Assembly: GCA_013265495.1 (NCBI GenBank)
Contig: MU058241.1
Span: 1,117,249-1,181,248, forward strand
Length of the DNA stretch: 64,000 nucleotides
Direction of reading: 5' to 3'
DNA from: Vicugna vicugna
Taxonomy: Eukaryota
The position numbers were made by a program, and so were the translations under genes. Every line of letters begins with the position of its first letter. The stretch's first letter is position 1. Shown here piece after piece: positions 11,613 to 25,942 of this stretch. The notes below the pieces were generated by a model that saw nothing but the letters and a program-made list of their open reading frames with translations, was not told the origin of the DNA and made no database searches.

Positions 11613-14600
11613 GTGGCACCCTGTTGAATTGGAAGAGGCTGTGTCAGAGGATGAGGGCTGAAATGGCTTCTAGCATTACAGTCGATGACATCCCTCCGTC
11701 TGATACTTAAACACTGACTGCAATTTTCTGAGTGGCCACTACGCAAAACATCATGCCAGACATGCGGATGGGTCCAAAAGGAAATGGTGGGAAGAACTGG
11801 AAGATTGCTCTAAGGAAGAGCGTCACACAAAGCCATGAACTTTATCTGCAGCGTTTTTATTTCCGTATGTTTTAGTTTCAGCCATCACGCGTCTTGCATC
11901 GGTACAGTTCCTTAATCGTCTCCATCAAAGCCATCTCTAGCAGCATTTGCAGAATATGTCTCCCGACTGGTCACTTCACTCGTGTCACAAAGCTTCTAAG
12001 TCAGATACCATGTGCTCCTCTGACTTGGCCTTACTGATCTGCCGGCGATATAATTTCGTTCTGTGTAACCTGTGCCTTCATGGACTGCACACAGCATCTT
12101 TCTTGGTTGTCACTGGGCAAAATCTCAAAGTCACACGTCTTAGACAAAAGCCTGGTAAGGAATTCCAGTCATGAATGAACATCCCACTTCCCTCTGACCC
12201 TAACCTGACAGGGCCTAGCAACGTTCTTCAGCCAGCAGGTTAATTGATGATGCAATTGTTAAATTTACACTTTTAACCCCCGGGGAAATTCATTACATCC
12301 CACTGAACTTTGCCTCTGCTCCTTTTAACTTTAATCCATGTGCCCAGAAAAGACAGCTCTAGTTTACTGTGCCTTGCAAAATTTCAACATTTTGGATCTA
12401 GAAATACTGTAGCATCCTAGAAGTACAGAACACATATCTCCCAAATCCTGGTATCTTCGTCTTAAAGACCTCCATGTCTCATTTACCAAATTATCAATTG
12501 AAAAGAGGTTCAAGTGAATATGAGTGTGGCTAAAACTGCGTAAATGCATTAACCAGGCACTCTCCTCACTATGCATTTACGCCATGCACTGTATTCAGCT
12601 TACATTATTTATTTATCGATTTGTTTCTCAACACTACCAACGAGAGCCTTTCCTACACTCCAGGTAAGATCAGGGAAGATGTCCCGTCGGGTGGCGGCTG
12701 AAGGCACTGGCGGAGCAGGCAGAGCTGAAGTCTGAAATGTACCACTGGTGGTGCTGGAGTCGTGGAGGAGTTCAACGCATCTCCTTAGTCTCCAGATTTG
12801 TTCCTCCTGCACCATGGTTGCCCCTTAGGTATTTCTTCAGTTACATTTGAAACAGACCTTGGTCACCAGCTTTCAGTGTAGCATTACTGTAAGCAGCCAG
12901 CAATACTTGAATTAACAGAGTGCACTACGTTCTGATGATTAGAATGCCCTCATTATTCTGCACACCTTAGCCTTGGCCACCAAGAAACGTGCCATTAGAC
13001 ATTCTACTCTTACCTTCCCAACTACCCCATCATACACGGATGGGCACCACTTTGTACTCACTTTCAGAAGCTTGTATCAGTTAATCCCCTCTAACAAGTT
13101 ACTTCTCCACCCGCAGAGCAAACAGAGAGAAGTCCAAGAGGAAGGGAAGGGATTGTATTTTGCGTGTCTGCTATCCACCTAATCTGGTAGGTTATCTCTA
13201 ATGCCTAATCATGCCGTATCTCTCATCAGCTCACATTTATGGCTTAACACTCAAGAGTTATGAAAAATAAAACACATACATTCTGCGTAAGTGAATGTGA
13301 TTTCTGAGTGGAATATGCTTTATCTTCTGAAACTGGCAGCCTGGCTCTGGCCCAGTGATTTACTGGAGCTGGGGTGTGTAGGATACGTGCTTCCTGGCTG
13401 ATTGACGAGCTTGGAGATCAGATGGGCGGCAAACCTGAAAACAAACCAAGGGTGGGTGTTTGCCAGTGACTTCCTGGAAGGCAAACACCACAGCCCGGAG
13501 CTTAATTCCGACACCAGGGTCGTAAGTAAAAGTTCTGCCAAAACCAGAGTCAAGCAGAGACTCATGCTTTTCTCACCCACCCTTTCTTGAGAAGCCTTTG
13601 AGAATACTGAAGGGTTTAAGAAGAGCATTCTCATCTCGATGATATTTCTACTTTATTTTTCCTTTAAGCTTTTTGGTTGAAGACACCAGGTCTACTCACT
13701 GACTTATGGCTCCCCAGCAATCTAGAGTTTTACCCTGCATATGATGGGTTCTCTCTGCAAATGTATGATGAACGAATTGAGGTTTGTGTTAGGACGAGCC
13801 ATCATCAAGTCATCAGTACTGCTTACACTGAGGATGGGGATGTGACAGAATGAAGGAGAGGGAGCTGACCACGCAAGAGCAAGGAGAAGCAAGGTCACCA
13901 CTCCTCTCTCCTCCTGGCCTCAATCTCTCGTCAGACACAGGCAGTGGTGGAGGGAATAAAAGCACACTTCCCTTCTCATTTCCCCCTGGTCTTCTAATAA
14001 CCCATCCTTTACCCCAGAAAAAAGACTTCTATCATTCAGGACAATTTCAGCTGTAAGTCAAGAAACTGCAACTCCACAAGGCTTTTACACTGAGGGAAGT
14101 TATTATTTTGGATAAGAGGAAATGGGACTCCAGCAGCTCAGGGACTCCCCTTCCCCTCCGGGGCTCAGGAGAAGCTACTTCTCCACGCGTCATGCGCACT
14201 GGCTTACATCCAGCAGGACAGGGTCTACTGCTTTCAAGAAGCTCCTTTTCCCAGAAATAGCTCTTCTGTCTCTGACTGAGCATTCTTCCAAGAGCCCTCA
14301 TGTGCCACCAGGACGGTGGATGAACCTGGACCTTGTCTGCCATTCCATCGTTCTTACCACGCTGCTGAAAGCTTCCCCCCTGTATTATGAGTGTGACCTC
14401 AGCAGCCACTTTTGGGACCTGGCTCTTCCAAGGTGTCTCAGTCCCTCCCTCCCCATCTTACCCCAGCCCCACCCCTGCCCACGGTCCACCAGACATTTAT
14501 CTGTTTGTTGCGATTGCTGGCACTGTTTGAGGCTTCTTGCCCTGCCCCAGTGTTCTTACGGCCCCAAATGAATTGGCTCATACAAGTGGAATTAAGGTGG

Positions 14601-15189
14601 GTGGAAAGGACAAAGCTTTAGCAAGCTTCACCAGAAGGTCCCATTGTGTTCTCACTTTGAGCCCCATCAGAACTCCAGTTATGTAACATATTCTAGATAT
14701 TCTGCACACCTTAGACATGCACTCAATGCTGCTTACACCTTGTATCTTTCTAAAAGAGAATTCCTTCCTAAATATTTATTCTGTGAGTTTCTAAAGAGGC
14801 GCCAAATATCAATGATTCTTTAGGAAATTGCTCAGAAAGTTGAGATTGAAAAAGGCCAACTGAATACTTATTTGACTGCAATCTCTTTTTATTATTCAAG
14901 GACAAATCTGATCATTTTTTAAAGGAGTTCTAATCTCCACTATCTATTAAACCCATGAAAGCCTTAAACATCATTGTCTTGCTATCAAATGGCATAGACA
15001 GGAAAAGAAATTACACTTAGTTTTACTACTCAAGGAATTAGAATTACTATTCAAGTAATAGAATTACCATTACTATTCATATTAATTTCTTATGAATAAA
15101 ATTCTAAAAGAAAAATGTATATATATTGCTATTTAAAGCAAGGACTATATACTTTTATGACATCTCTAAATCTGCACTGAACTCTGCAG

Positions 15190-15395
15190 CTAGCCGTATT
15201 CTTTCACATACATTAGCTCTCTGTGAGGCTCTTGTACGAACATGATGGAAGAGCTGCTATTTGCAGCCCCTCTTTATAGATGATTTGGCTGAAAATCCTA
15301 AGTGACCTTGAACTGCTGAGGGTGAAGAGTTCAATGGTCAACCCAGAACCCAAACCCAAGACTTCTAATTCAAAATCTCATGCCCTTTCACACAG
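15190..15395 (-). mobile_element. MIR SINE, degenerate
   Basis: ctttatagatga...aagtgacct...cccagaacccaaacccaagacttctaattcaaaatctcatgccctttc. Confidence 0.6.
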
Positions 15396-17090
15396 TATTT
15401 TGAGATTAATTTATAAAGAATTTCTCTGGTGCAAAATACGTGAAACCAAATTATCTCTGTCAGTGTAAATATTGCTTTGTAACTTTCAGGCTCATGAAAA
15501 GTCTATTTGGATTAACTGTAAAACATGATGGCTGGTTCACTTACATTCTAATGTTAAAAGCACAGTGATTTAATGGAACGACCTTGCATGTGATTATATT
15601 TATAACCTACTTTACATCCAGCTCCCAATTGTTCCATCCTTGCTACCCACCGGGTCTTTAAAATCTAGGCTGACACTGCCACGTTTGCCCAAGTAGAGTT
15701 ATACGCATAAGGTGAGAGAGAGAAAGTTGAGGTGTGTGGGTTGTTGGGAGAGAGCGGTGTGTCATCTGAGTATAAACCACTCAGCAGCTGGGGCTCAGCT
15801 CTTTTGTAATTTGCATTTTCTATATCGCTCCAGTGGGACTGTGGGATAGATCACGGTCTCACACAATCTGACTAAGAAAGCAGGTTGGAAGTCCTATTCT
15901 GAAGTGCTGTCTCAACAGGACGGCCAGGGCCTAAAGGCAAGGGAATGACATGGAGGAGCCTCCTTAAACCCCATTCCAGCACTGCGGCTGATGTTAGAGA
16001 TTCTGATCTGTCATAATGTCACAGAATTCATCGCCAGTGCCTGGAAAGTCCCTGCGCACCCATGCCAGGGATGACTGGGGCACGTCCCCTGCAGTAAGCC
16101 CTCACACACGCCATCTGTCACTTCCCAGTGCAGCTTCAGCAGCCTCACGCGGAATGCACCTTAACGTGCATTTGAGCCCATTGATCTGTTCCTCGTGTAA
16201 CAGCTTTCAACAAGCCCATCGTTCTTGGACTGGACCGCACCCGCAATGCCGGCTTCCACTGGGGAACTGCAATACCCACATCAGACTTGCGGACACTGCA
16301 CCAAGAACCCTGAACCCAGGAAAGATGGCAAAGGGGCCACAAAAAGTCATGGAACACAGACTCCACTCATTCATCAAATCATTATTTGGACACGAGCCCT
16401 GACCTTCTTTGGCCATAAAACTTACGAAGAAACAAAGCAGTGGTATCTGTATGAACAAGAGGAATTCAGGCTCCAGATTACCCTCTGTGTGGCCATTTCC
16501 AAAACGTAGTTAGTTCCTCAGCCTGGTGCAATATGTTCCCATCTCTCCACCTTCCCCTGAAGGCCAGGCCCTGAGATCCATGACTGCCTCTCGGCCCCAA
16601 CCCCTGAATGATGTCACCAGGACCCTGAGCCTCACTGCTCCCAACACCCATCCCCCTTCAGCCCCAGCCCTCATCCAGGCCACGTCACGTCACGTCACCC
16701 CATTCCACCTCCTGAGAGAGCTCAGATCTTCCTTTTCTCTTCATTTCCACCTTGGTCATCCCAGCTGCACTGTTCTCAGCAGCCCCTAGCCCGGAAGCAT
16801 CTGCCAACATGTCAGGGACCTGTCGTCCCTTTCTTCCTGCATAGAAGCCCTGACGTCTGGATGTAATGACCTCTGTCGAGGTTCAGCCCTCCCGGTCCCC
16901 ACCTTCCTCCCCCACGTCCCTCGTCTCCCCACCGCCCATGGGCTCCCTCAATGGCACACAACCTGGATTTTGTGATGGGCACACCTGCAATTAGCTCAGA
17001 GAGAAATGCAACCCCACATCGAAGTAACAGAAAATACAACATCAAAGCGAATCTCGGCAACGACTTCCACGTTCCTTCTTTTCTTTCTTG

Positions 17091-17245
17091 TTTTGGAAAG
17101 TGTTTCTCTCACTGAATATGTTTTATCTTTTTAATGATATCTTCATTTTGAAAAGTGTTTCTCTCATTGAATATGCTTTATCTTTTTAATGATATCTTCA
17201 TTTTGTAAAGTGTTTCTCTCACTGAATATGCTTTATCTTTTTAAT
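17091..17245. repeat. 55-bp tandem repeat, ~2.8 near-identical copies
   Basis: Unit ttttgaaaagtgtttctctcactgaatatgctttatctttttaatgatatcttca starts at 17091, 17146 and 17201. Confidence 0.95.
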
Positions 17246-17705
17246 AACAGGAAAGTTGAGGAAGCTGCTGAGCTCTGGGCCCACTAAGCGCTAAGCCTTC
17301 CCGTGGACATGTGCTTTGCTTCCTGCTTTCCAGCTCGGCCCTTTGTTGGAAACAGGCCATCCACTCAAATTCCAGGTGGCTGGTTTGCACAGTGACCCAT
17401 GCGGACTCTTGTCGCTAGCATTTCTCTCCATCTCCCAGGGGGCTCAATTTCTACTTCCTCTTCCCTGACCCTGTCTGGGTCTCCCTAATCTTCAGTGGTA
17501 ACGTCTACCATCGAAGCTACCAAAACGCCCTTGTCACACACGGCCCCACATCCTAGGTTTACACGCTGTCCTGCCCTAGAATTAAGTGGAACGCGTGTGA
17601 TGGCAGGGGCTTCTCTGGCCTTCTGCCCTCCAGTTCTCCCTCACCCCTACATAGGTCCTGCCATCGGCTATATGTCAGGTTGCAGCCTAACTGTGCGTTA
17701 CTATT

Positions 17706-17828
17706 ACACACATATGTATGCACACACCCAGGTGTGGTGGAGGTGTATGTGCGTGTGTGCACAGATGTCCAGATACATACATGTGTGTGTGTGTCTGTGT
17801 GTGTGTGCATGTGTGTATACACATACAT
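17706..17828. repeat. Imperfect (TG/CA)n microsatellite
   Basis: gtgtgtgtgtgtctgtgtgtgtgtgcatgtgtgtatacacatac. Confidence 0.85.
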
Positions 17829-20569
17829 CTCCCACCTCCTTGCTGGGGAGCAAATCATTATTTAAAATTGTCTACTTTATTGAGCACCCTTAGAAAAGGA
17901 TTAGACAAGCAGACATCGTTCAGAATCAGAGGAAAAGAAAATACCGTCAGGGAACTGGCAACCCCTAGAACCACTGCTCTCCTCAGCCAACTATCAATGT
18001 TCCAGATGTTTACATTTTTGCAATAGCTCTGTAAATGAAGGGCTTTATTTTCCAACCCAACATCTATAAAAGTCTGTTGATTTTATTTTCAAAATAAATG
18101 CTGCGAAAGACCCAAACACAAGGGACTGACTCATAAGGACATGTGTCCCATCCAGTAGACAAGAAAACCTTTTTAAGGAGAAAAATGAAAATAGATGATG
18201 CTTGTTTCTTATGAGTTTTTGGGAACACTTAGGGAAAAAATGGAAACCAGTGTTGTGGAGTCAACCAGCCTCACCAGTGCCAGGCATTCCGCAGAATCGC
18301 CACGTGCCCAAGTACATGGGTGACTCAAGAAGCTGACTGAGAATGTTCACCTGATGGTTGCGCTCAGGGTGACACAAGTCACGGCTCATGAAGTGAATCG
18401 AGTAACCGTGAGATACACGTGAAAATGAACAGAGCGTGCATGCTGCAGGGAAATTAAACAAAGGGGGGAAAGCCGTTTGCAGGAAAAACAAAGTGGGAGA
18501 CATATGGCAAAGACGTGTTCTCATCAAAGAACGGAACTGTACATAAATCACAAGGCAGAGGCAAAGTAAGAAAACAGAAACAAGGCCCCACGGAAAACAG
18601 CATGTCTTTATCAAGAATTCATTATCTTGAAGAGAATGAAATAGAGGTGTTTCAGTTTTAGGCAGAAGAATATTTCATATGGAAATCTCAGGGCCCAAAC
18701 AAACAGACATTAAAAAGGAAAGAGCGTGAAGTAGGGTGCCCGCTGTCAGCACCACCTTCCTCTCTGAAGACGTTTTTGTTATTTGTATTAAGTACTTAAG
18801 CTCGTCAGCGTAAGGAGATGAGGAGCCAGAACAAATGGCTTGGACCCAATAGCTCAGAACAGAGCCGGGGTGTGTCTGACTCACACGCTGGTACGAATCC
18901 CACCTAAAGATGTTGGGGGAGACGTCCATCCATGAAGATGGAGTGTGATTTTTACTTTTTTCAACCAGGGCCCTCAAACTACTCTCCGAACGCTGCTAAA
19001 TGGTGAAATGTGCTACAGTTTTCTGCACAGGCTGTGGGTCTGCCAGGCGCAGGTGGCACGCTGCCTGCATCCCTCCCTGAAAGTGAAGCCAGCCACGGCC
19101 ACAGCCACGGCCACCCGAAGGGCTGCAGGGAGGAGCGAGTGAATCACTGAGTGGAGAGCAGCAGCAGCGCCGTCTGAGATGTGGACCTGCCTCAGAAATG
19201 TTAGCTGCCTTTCATTTGATCTTTTATTCTTCTTGTCTAGAGAAAAATGCATTTGAGCTAAAATTCCTGAAGCCCCCTACTGTATCATCTTAATGAACAA
19301 TAGAACAAAAACCTCCTGTCCAGGTGAACGCCAGTTACGAGAAGGCATCCTTTGGGAAAGACAAAAAGGAGGAGGAGGAAGAGGGGGAGATGGAAAGAAG
19401 AAGGAGGGAAAGAAGAAATAAGGATGTAATAAGAGAAAAATAAGAAGAAGCTAAAGTATATGCATTGGGAAACGTAATGAAATGAATTTGAGTAATTATT
19501 ATTAAACTAATAAACACTTTATATTCATAAAGCATCTTCACACCATCTCTTATAAAATCAGGGTGTGAGATACTGTATTTTACAAATGAGGGCGCCGGAC
19601 CTGGGAGGGACACGCCTGGGTCGTGCATCTGATGGAAGGCAAAGTGAGAAATCAACCGTAGTCTCGAGAAAGGTACCACGACTCTCATTTCCACAAAAAT
19701 CACGTCACTCAGGAGCTGCTGAAATCAGGACTCTCCACCGCACTCGAAAACACTTGCTCTTTGAAGGGGCTACACAACCCCATTCTAATCAACTCTAGCA
19801 ACGCAGACGTAAAGAAAGTGACCAGCTATCTCTTTATAGTTTGGGTGAAAGACACTAACTCATTTACACATCCTAGCAAACTCGTAAAAATGGGAGGATT
19901 TAAAAAAAAATTAGTAGTTCAATTCTTGAAGTAAAAGCATTGATGTGGACGTTTGTGCTTCTTGTTCATGAAAGAAAGTCACTCTTTTCCATCACAAGGT
20001 AGCCCAAGGCTGGATAAGTCTGTAAAGTGGGTCTGCAGTTGGAAGGCCTCTCGGTAACTACTTCCTGGCCAGGATGGACTAGGCACATGGCGTGGTACTC
20101 GGAGACAAAGAGGAGCAGGACAACTTCAGGCTCTGTCCATCCATAAACAGTGCCATACATAAACATGTTTCTGTAAATAAGCAGCATTGAGCCAGTCGAT
20201 AGATCTTGTGCTAGAGGATGAAGAACACAGGAAGGAGACGGCATCTCTGTCTGCCTCAACCGGGAAGGTCAGCATTTGAGATGCCAACCTGAAGGGAAGC
20301 AGACTTGAGTTGGTCCAAAGCACCGGTGGGGAGACCTCAGACAGAGAGTGGGAACAGAGGAGGGAGGAGGGCGGGCTCGGGAAGCGAACAGTTTGTGCAG
20401 AGGCCAAGGCGCAACCAAACTCGCCATCCTTGAAAACTGGGCACGTAGGCTGAGTAGGTACCAGACACACAGGTGAAGAAAGTTGGTGACGGAGGAACAC
20501 AGAGGGACACAAAAGAGGGGCTCTTCTTACAAGTGCCCACCGATGGCTATCCTTTTATTAACGCTACTA

Positions 20570-20711
20570 TTTATTTTATTTTTTTCTTTTTTCAGGGGAG
20601 GTAATTAGGTTTATTTATTACTTGTTTGTTTTTTAACAGAGGTGCTGGGGATTGAACCCAGGACCTCATGCATGCTAAGCATGTACTCTACCACTGAGCT
20701 ATGCCCTCCCC
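20570..20711 (-). mobile_element. Vic-1-type tRNA-derived SINE (camelid)
   Basis: Reverse complement GGGGAGGGCATAGCTCAGTGGTAGAGTACATGCTTAGCATGCATGAGGTCCTGGGTTCAATCCCCAGCACCTC plus an A-rich tail; A and B boxes; degenerate TSD taacgctacta/tgacactactg. Confidence 0.85.
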
Positions 20712-21804
20712 TGACACTACTGCTTATGCTGAATCCACAGTTACTGATGGACAAACATGCAGCACGTCACCATCACTGATGAAAACTACACGAACAGGGG
20801 AAAGACAGACAGCTGTTTCCGATCTCAGGGTTCATCTCTCTCTCTCTCTCTCTCTCTGTGAAAACAGGAGACGAAACACAATAAGGCCTTATGGTCACAC
20901 CAGTAATGTCATTCCACAGGGTATAAGCATCGCCAAGAAGCATGTCCAGAGAAGCACAAGGCAAAGGTGGGCGCCACGTTAGACACTGATGGAAAAGTAG
21001 GACACGTGGAATTTGATGGAGGGTGAGGTGGGAGGGCAAGGGTTTGCAGACAAGGAAGACTACGTGAGCAAAAGCTTTGAAGACAAATTGCCCGTAAGAT
21101 GTCCACGCCCTACCCCAGAGGTGAAGAGGCACAGAGTTGATCTGTTTTAGAGGGTGGAGAAGACGTAGTGGAGGGATGCTCTTAGATGCCATGACCTTGC
21201 GGTGATGGTACAGTAGGCACGAGGGTCAAACAGGGCTGGTGGGGAGTAACGTGCACAGTGGCAGGAAACATTAACGCGGATAACGAGGAAATATTTATCA
21301 CATCACCATCAAGGTCTCACCCCTGGGGATGGTGTGGGAGATACAAAGATGAATGAAACCTGACCCTGTCTTTAAGGAACTTGCAGTAAAACAGAGTCAC
21401 ACCAGAAAGCAACCGCAGCTGGATGCGAGGAGTGACCTAACAGAGCTCAGACCCAAGGCGTTCGGCAGGAGGTGGCCGAGGAAGCATTACACATGGCAGG
21501 TGATGCTTGAAGTGGGCGCTGTAGGGTGAGAATGTAACAAAACGGGCAGAGGAGGGAGAAAACACCAGGAAAGCCAAGGGAACCACATGTGCAAAGAAGG
21601 AATGCATGAAGGAACACAAGTATGGAGAAGCGTCAATAGCTCGGACAGAAATTTAGCAGGCAGACAGAGAAGCACTGGACACAGCTGCAAACAGAGCCGG
21701 GGGCCAAGACGGCTTGGCCTCCACTAGACCTGGGAGAGAGCCAGGGACGGAAGCCAGGATCTCCACCAGGAGGCACCCTGGGGATCAAAAGTTGGGGCTT
21801 TGGC

Positions 21805-21963
21805 ACAGGGGATACAGTCAGTATCTTGTAATAACCTCTAATGCAAAAGAATATGAAAAAGAATATATATGTATAACTGAATTACTCTGCTGGACACCAG
21901 ATACTAAGACAACATTGTAAACCAACTATACTTCAATAAAAATTTTTTTTAATTTTTAAAAAT
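21805..21963 (+). mobile_element. L1 3' terminal fragment
   Basis: cagtatcttgtaataacctctaatgcaaaagaatatgaaaaagaatatatatg...aactatacttcaataaaa. Confidence 0.8.
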
Positions 21964-22329
21964 AATGTGATGTGCGGGGCAGAGGCAGTAGGGTCTTTGG
22001 GATCACATAGCTCTTTGATTCAGGCTGGTCCAATTCTCAGCTGCATAACCTTGGGAAAGTTACAGAATTTCAGTAAATTTCAAGTCACTGATCTCAAAAG
22101 GGATAAAATAACCGCCCACCTGTGGCCCACACTGTTGGGCAGAATAAACGATAGAACGATGTCTAGTGTTCAGTGGAATAGGTAGCTCATGGTGGGCACT
22201 TAGCAAACTGTTCCTAAAATTATTAGAAACATCATGCATTTGATGCAATGGAAATGTTTGTGTCAGTTATAAAATTTTACTTTTTGCAGTGAAAAAAAAA
22301 GTGAATGAAGGGATACAAATAGCTAAATA

Positions 22330-22485
22330 GCCTTCTTTCTTATGGGTGAGTTGTATTCCATTGAATACATATGCTGCATCTCCATTATCTATTCATCTAT
22401 TGATGTGCACTTAGGATGCTTCCATATCTTGGCAATTATAAATAATGTTGCTGTTAATAGCAGGGTATATGTTCCTTTTTGAGTT
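22330..22485 (-). mobile_element. L1 fragment, antisense
   Basis: gtattccattgaatacatatg...ttatctattcatctattgatgtgcacttaggatgcttccatatcttggcaattataaataatg. Confidence 0.75.
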
Positions 22486-22784
22486 AATTCTTCTTTTCTG
22501 CTTGGCTTTATTCCTTTGATAACTATGTAAGTTTAAAAAGCTAAAGCTCTTTATTAACATTCTTAGAAACAATGAACAATACATACATGTAAATTTAAAA
22601 AATACATGCAGTATATTGTACCTATGTATTTACATGCAATATATTGTATATGTGCAAATCATAACAATTTTACCTAATAAAACTGAAAAATGAAAATAAA
22701 ACACATGTTTGGACAAAAAGAGAGCAATATGGAAACACACAGAAAGGGGCTGGGTCATACGGTTTAAAACCAACCCAAAGGAAA

Positions 22785-23068
22785 TAGAAAGAAAATAGAC
22801 TCATGGACAGAGAATACAGACTTGTGGTAACCAGGGGGGTAGAGGGTGGGAAGGGATAGACTGGGATTTCAAAATAGTAGAATAGATAAACAAGATTACA
22901 CTGTATAGCACAGGGAAATATACACAAAATGTTATGATAAATCACAGAGAAAAAAATGTGACAATGAGTGTGTATATGTCCATGAATGACTGAAAAATTG
23001 TGCTGAACACTGGAATTTGACACAACATTGTAAAATGATTATAAATCAATAAAAAATGTTAAAAAAAA
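22785..23068 (+). mobile_element. Young 5'-truncated camelid-type L1 with perfect TSD
   Basis: L1 3' UTR, AATAAA and A tail, flanked by identical aaaaccaacccaaaggaaa at 22766-22784 and 23069-23087; TT|AAAA endonuclease site. Confidence 0.92.
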
Positions 23069-23351
23069 AAAACCAACCCAAAGGAAAGGCAAAGGATGCA
23101 GCCTGGTAGGCAGGGTCAGGAGGCATGTTTCTGGTTCCAGGACACACAGGGGGTTCATAAAATAACCCCAGCAAGGGCTGCGAGCCAGAATGACTGCAAA
23201 CGAACTACACAGAAAACCAAGAGAGAAAACATAGGGTAGGCATGATTTTGTAACAACCAGAGGATTACACTGCATTTAAAGAAAATAAATTAAGCCTTCA
23301 ATCTCTTACAATCATCAGACGTCGTCCATGAAAATGTGACTACCCTACTAG

Positions 23352-24296
23352 TTTTGTTTTTGTTTTTATTGACTATTTTTTGAGAGTAGTTTTCGGTTCA
23401 CAGTAAAATCAAGAGGAAGGTACAGAGATTTCGCACGTACAGTCAGCCCCTGCACATGTAGGGTCTCCTCTCTTGTCAAACAGAGTGCTCACTTATTTCA
23501 ATCAGTGAGCCCACGTTGACACATCACTATCACCCAGAGTCCACTGTTGACATCAGGGTTCACTCCTTGTGCTATATATACATCCTACGTGTTGGTCAAA
23601 TGCATAATGACCCGTCCACCATTATAGTGTCATACATAGTATTTTCTCTGCCCTAAATTTCCTCTGAGCTCTGCTTATTCACCCCTCCTCCCCCACCCAG
23701 CCCAACTCCTGATCTTTTTACTATCTCCACCGCTTTGCCTTTTCCAGAATGTCACACACCTGGAATCATACAGAATGCAGCCTTTTCAGACAGGCTTCTT
23801 TCACTCAGTAATACGCATTTCAGGTTCCTCCATGTCTGTCATGGTTTGATAACTCGTTTCTTTTTCATACTGAATGATACTCTGTTGTCTGGATGGACCA
23901 CAGTTTGTGTATCCATTCACCTACTGAAGGACATCCTGGTTGTTTCCAAGCCTTGGCAATTCTGAATACAGCTGCTATAAAGATCCATGTGCAGGTTTAT
24001 GTGTGGGTGTTAGTTTTCAACTCCTCTGGATACACACCAAGGAGCACACTTGCTGGACTGTATGGTGGGAGCATGTTCAGTTTTGTAAGAAGTGACTGTA
24101 CCATTTTGCATTCCAACCAGCGATGGACAAGAGAAGGTTCCCATGGCTCCATCTCCTTACCAACACTTGGTGGTGTCAGTGTTTCGCATTCCCACCGTGC
24201 TAACAGTTGGGTGGTGGTATCTCGTTTTTGTTTTAATTTACATTTGATGCCATATGATGTGGAGCATCTTTTCATTGGCTTGTTTGCCATCTGTAC
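23352..24296 (-). mobile_element. Old L1 (L1MC-like) 3' region, antisense
   Basis: tttttattgactattt...gaggaaggtacagagatttc...ttgccttttccagaatgtcac...ttttgcattccaaccagc...gatgtggagcatcttttcat. Confidence 0.85.
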
Positions 24297-25942
24297 ACTA
24301 TGAATTTTAACTGATAGAGATTCACTGTAGTGTAACAGAAATGCCTGGGTAGACATGAAAGAGAAGCTGTGTTTACAGTCCCAGAATTTGGCTCTCCTTA
24401 TGACTTTGAGTTTAATGCGATGTGAAAGCAAGTGGACCTTCTGCCAAGGGAAAGGTAGCAACAAAGTGAGACACCAGGCCAGAGAGGGGCTGCCACCACC
24501 CGCATGAAGTGTGGGTAGCCAGCACCCTGATGGGAAGAGGCTGTGATGGTTTCTGGACAGTTTGGACAAGGAAAAATCTACAGCCCTACTGAGTCACCAA
24601 GTAACATAATGAATTTTATTGAGCTCTGTCTGAAATCTTGACTTAGCAGAACATACAGGTCTATGAAACACAAAAGAATATTCACAATTACTGTGAGAAG
24701 CCAGTCTCCTAGAAAAAGGAAGCCACATCTCCACTAGACTCTCATTAAAAGGCTGAACAAATAAACAGATTCTTCGATCTTGCACACACTGTAGACTTCT
24801 TATCAAGCCATTTAAAAAGCTGATTCTCATGACGTCTCCACTGTAGAAAGATACACACTATTAACATCGCAAGAGCAGCAGACAGCTCTACCAGTAACAC
24901 TTCTTGAAATTAATACACTGATTTCCTCATCATTTTGAAATCCGGAGTTCACTGTATGATGGGTATTATAGTTTAAATTTTATTGAAAAAAAAGCTTTAT
25001 TCTTGGGAAGTATAACTCGATTACTTGTGCAAAAGCCAAATTGTAACATTTTTTTAATCATCTCAGAAATGTCTGTTTGGAAAATTAGAACTGGACAATG
25101 TCAGAGCCACCTATGTCTAAAACACATCTTTTTTTTTAAGATTAAAAAATATGAAAAAAAATATGAAGAACTGAAATATAGAAATAATAGAACAAACAGC
25201 ATTCAGATGAAATGTATTAGACGATTAACTAGTCTTCCACTGCAGCTTATGAAAAACATATCCTTGTTAAAAAATCATACTGCTGTCCAAGGTTATCACA
25301 TTTTAAAGTCTCTCCTGTTTTTCAAAAAATAGAAACATATAATCACTATGTGAAATAGTTACTGCTATTGGTAAACTGTGAAGGGGACTATCTGCAAGAT
25401 TTCCTTTAAAGGGGATGGCAGAGAGCCATAGGTATCAACTCCCCTTCTTCAAGCAGAAAGGCACAGAAAACCTCTCTGAAGAAAGGCCAGGTGCATTGGT
25501 CAACTCTGCCACCGTATCCAGTTTTTAAAATCTGGTTTGGGGACAGCAACATAGTTCCAAATCCTTATTGGTTTTAAAAAAATGTTGATGGCTCGTGGGT
25601 CCGAAAGCTCGATGTGTGACGGGGTTCCCAGCGGTCTGGAGCTGCCACTTGGTTCTTGCATCAAGATCCAAAAGAAGGAGTTTCATTCATCCTGCAAACA
25701 GGTAGACGCACAGAGAAAAATACCTCGGTGATGTACAGATGATAACAGATTAAAGGGACTGATTTATCCTTGGAGAAAAATCCCCAAAGTGGTCCATAAA
25801 CATTACGAATTGTAAAGGCGTAGAAGCTGGCACGGTTATAAAGCTCCCCGAGTCCCACAATAACTGCATAACTTAATCAACCTGTGCATTAAGCCAGTAC
25901 ACAGATGACACTGCTTTTGATTAGTAAGCAAAGCTGGTGTCT

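Noticed and set aside
19365..19450. Purine-rich tract resembling an acidic/basic coding segment
   Set aside because: Low-complexity sequence with stops and no flanking splice signals, unlike 5808-5939.
20638..20711. tRNA-Ala-like gene (also at ~53240-53310)
   Set aside because: It is the tRNA-derived head of a SINE, with an A-rich tail and a degenerate TSD, not a bona fide tRNA.
23893..24569. 136-aa and 190-aa ORFs
   Set aside because: They overlap a decayed L1 ORF2 end and 3' UTR; MKRCSTS...LVHRWLECKMVQ is an L1 ORF2 remnant.
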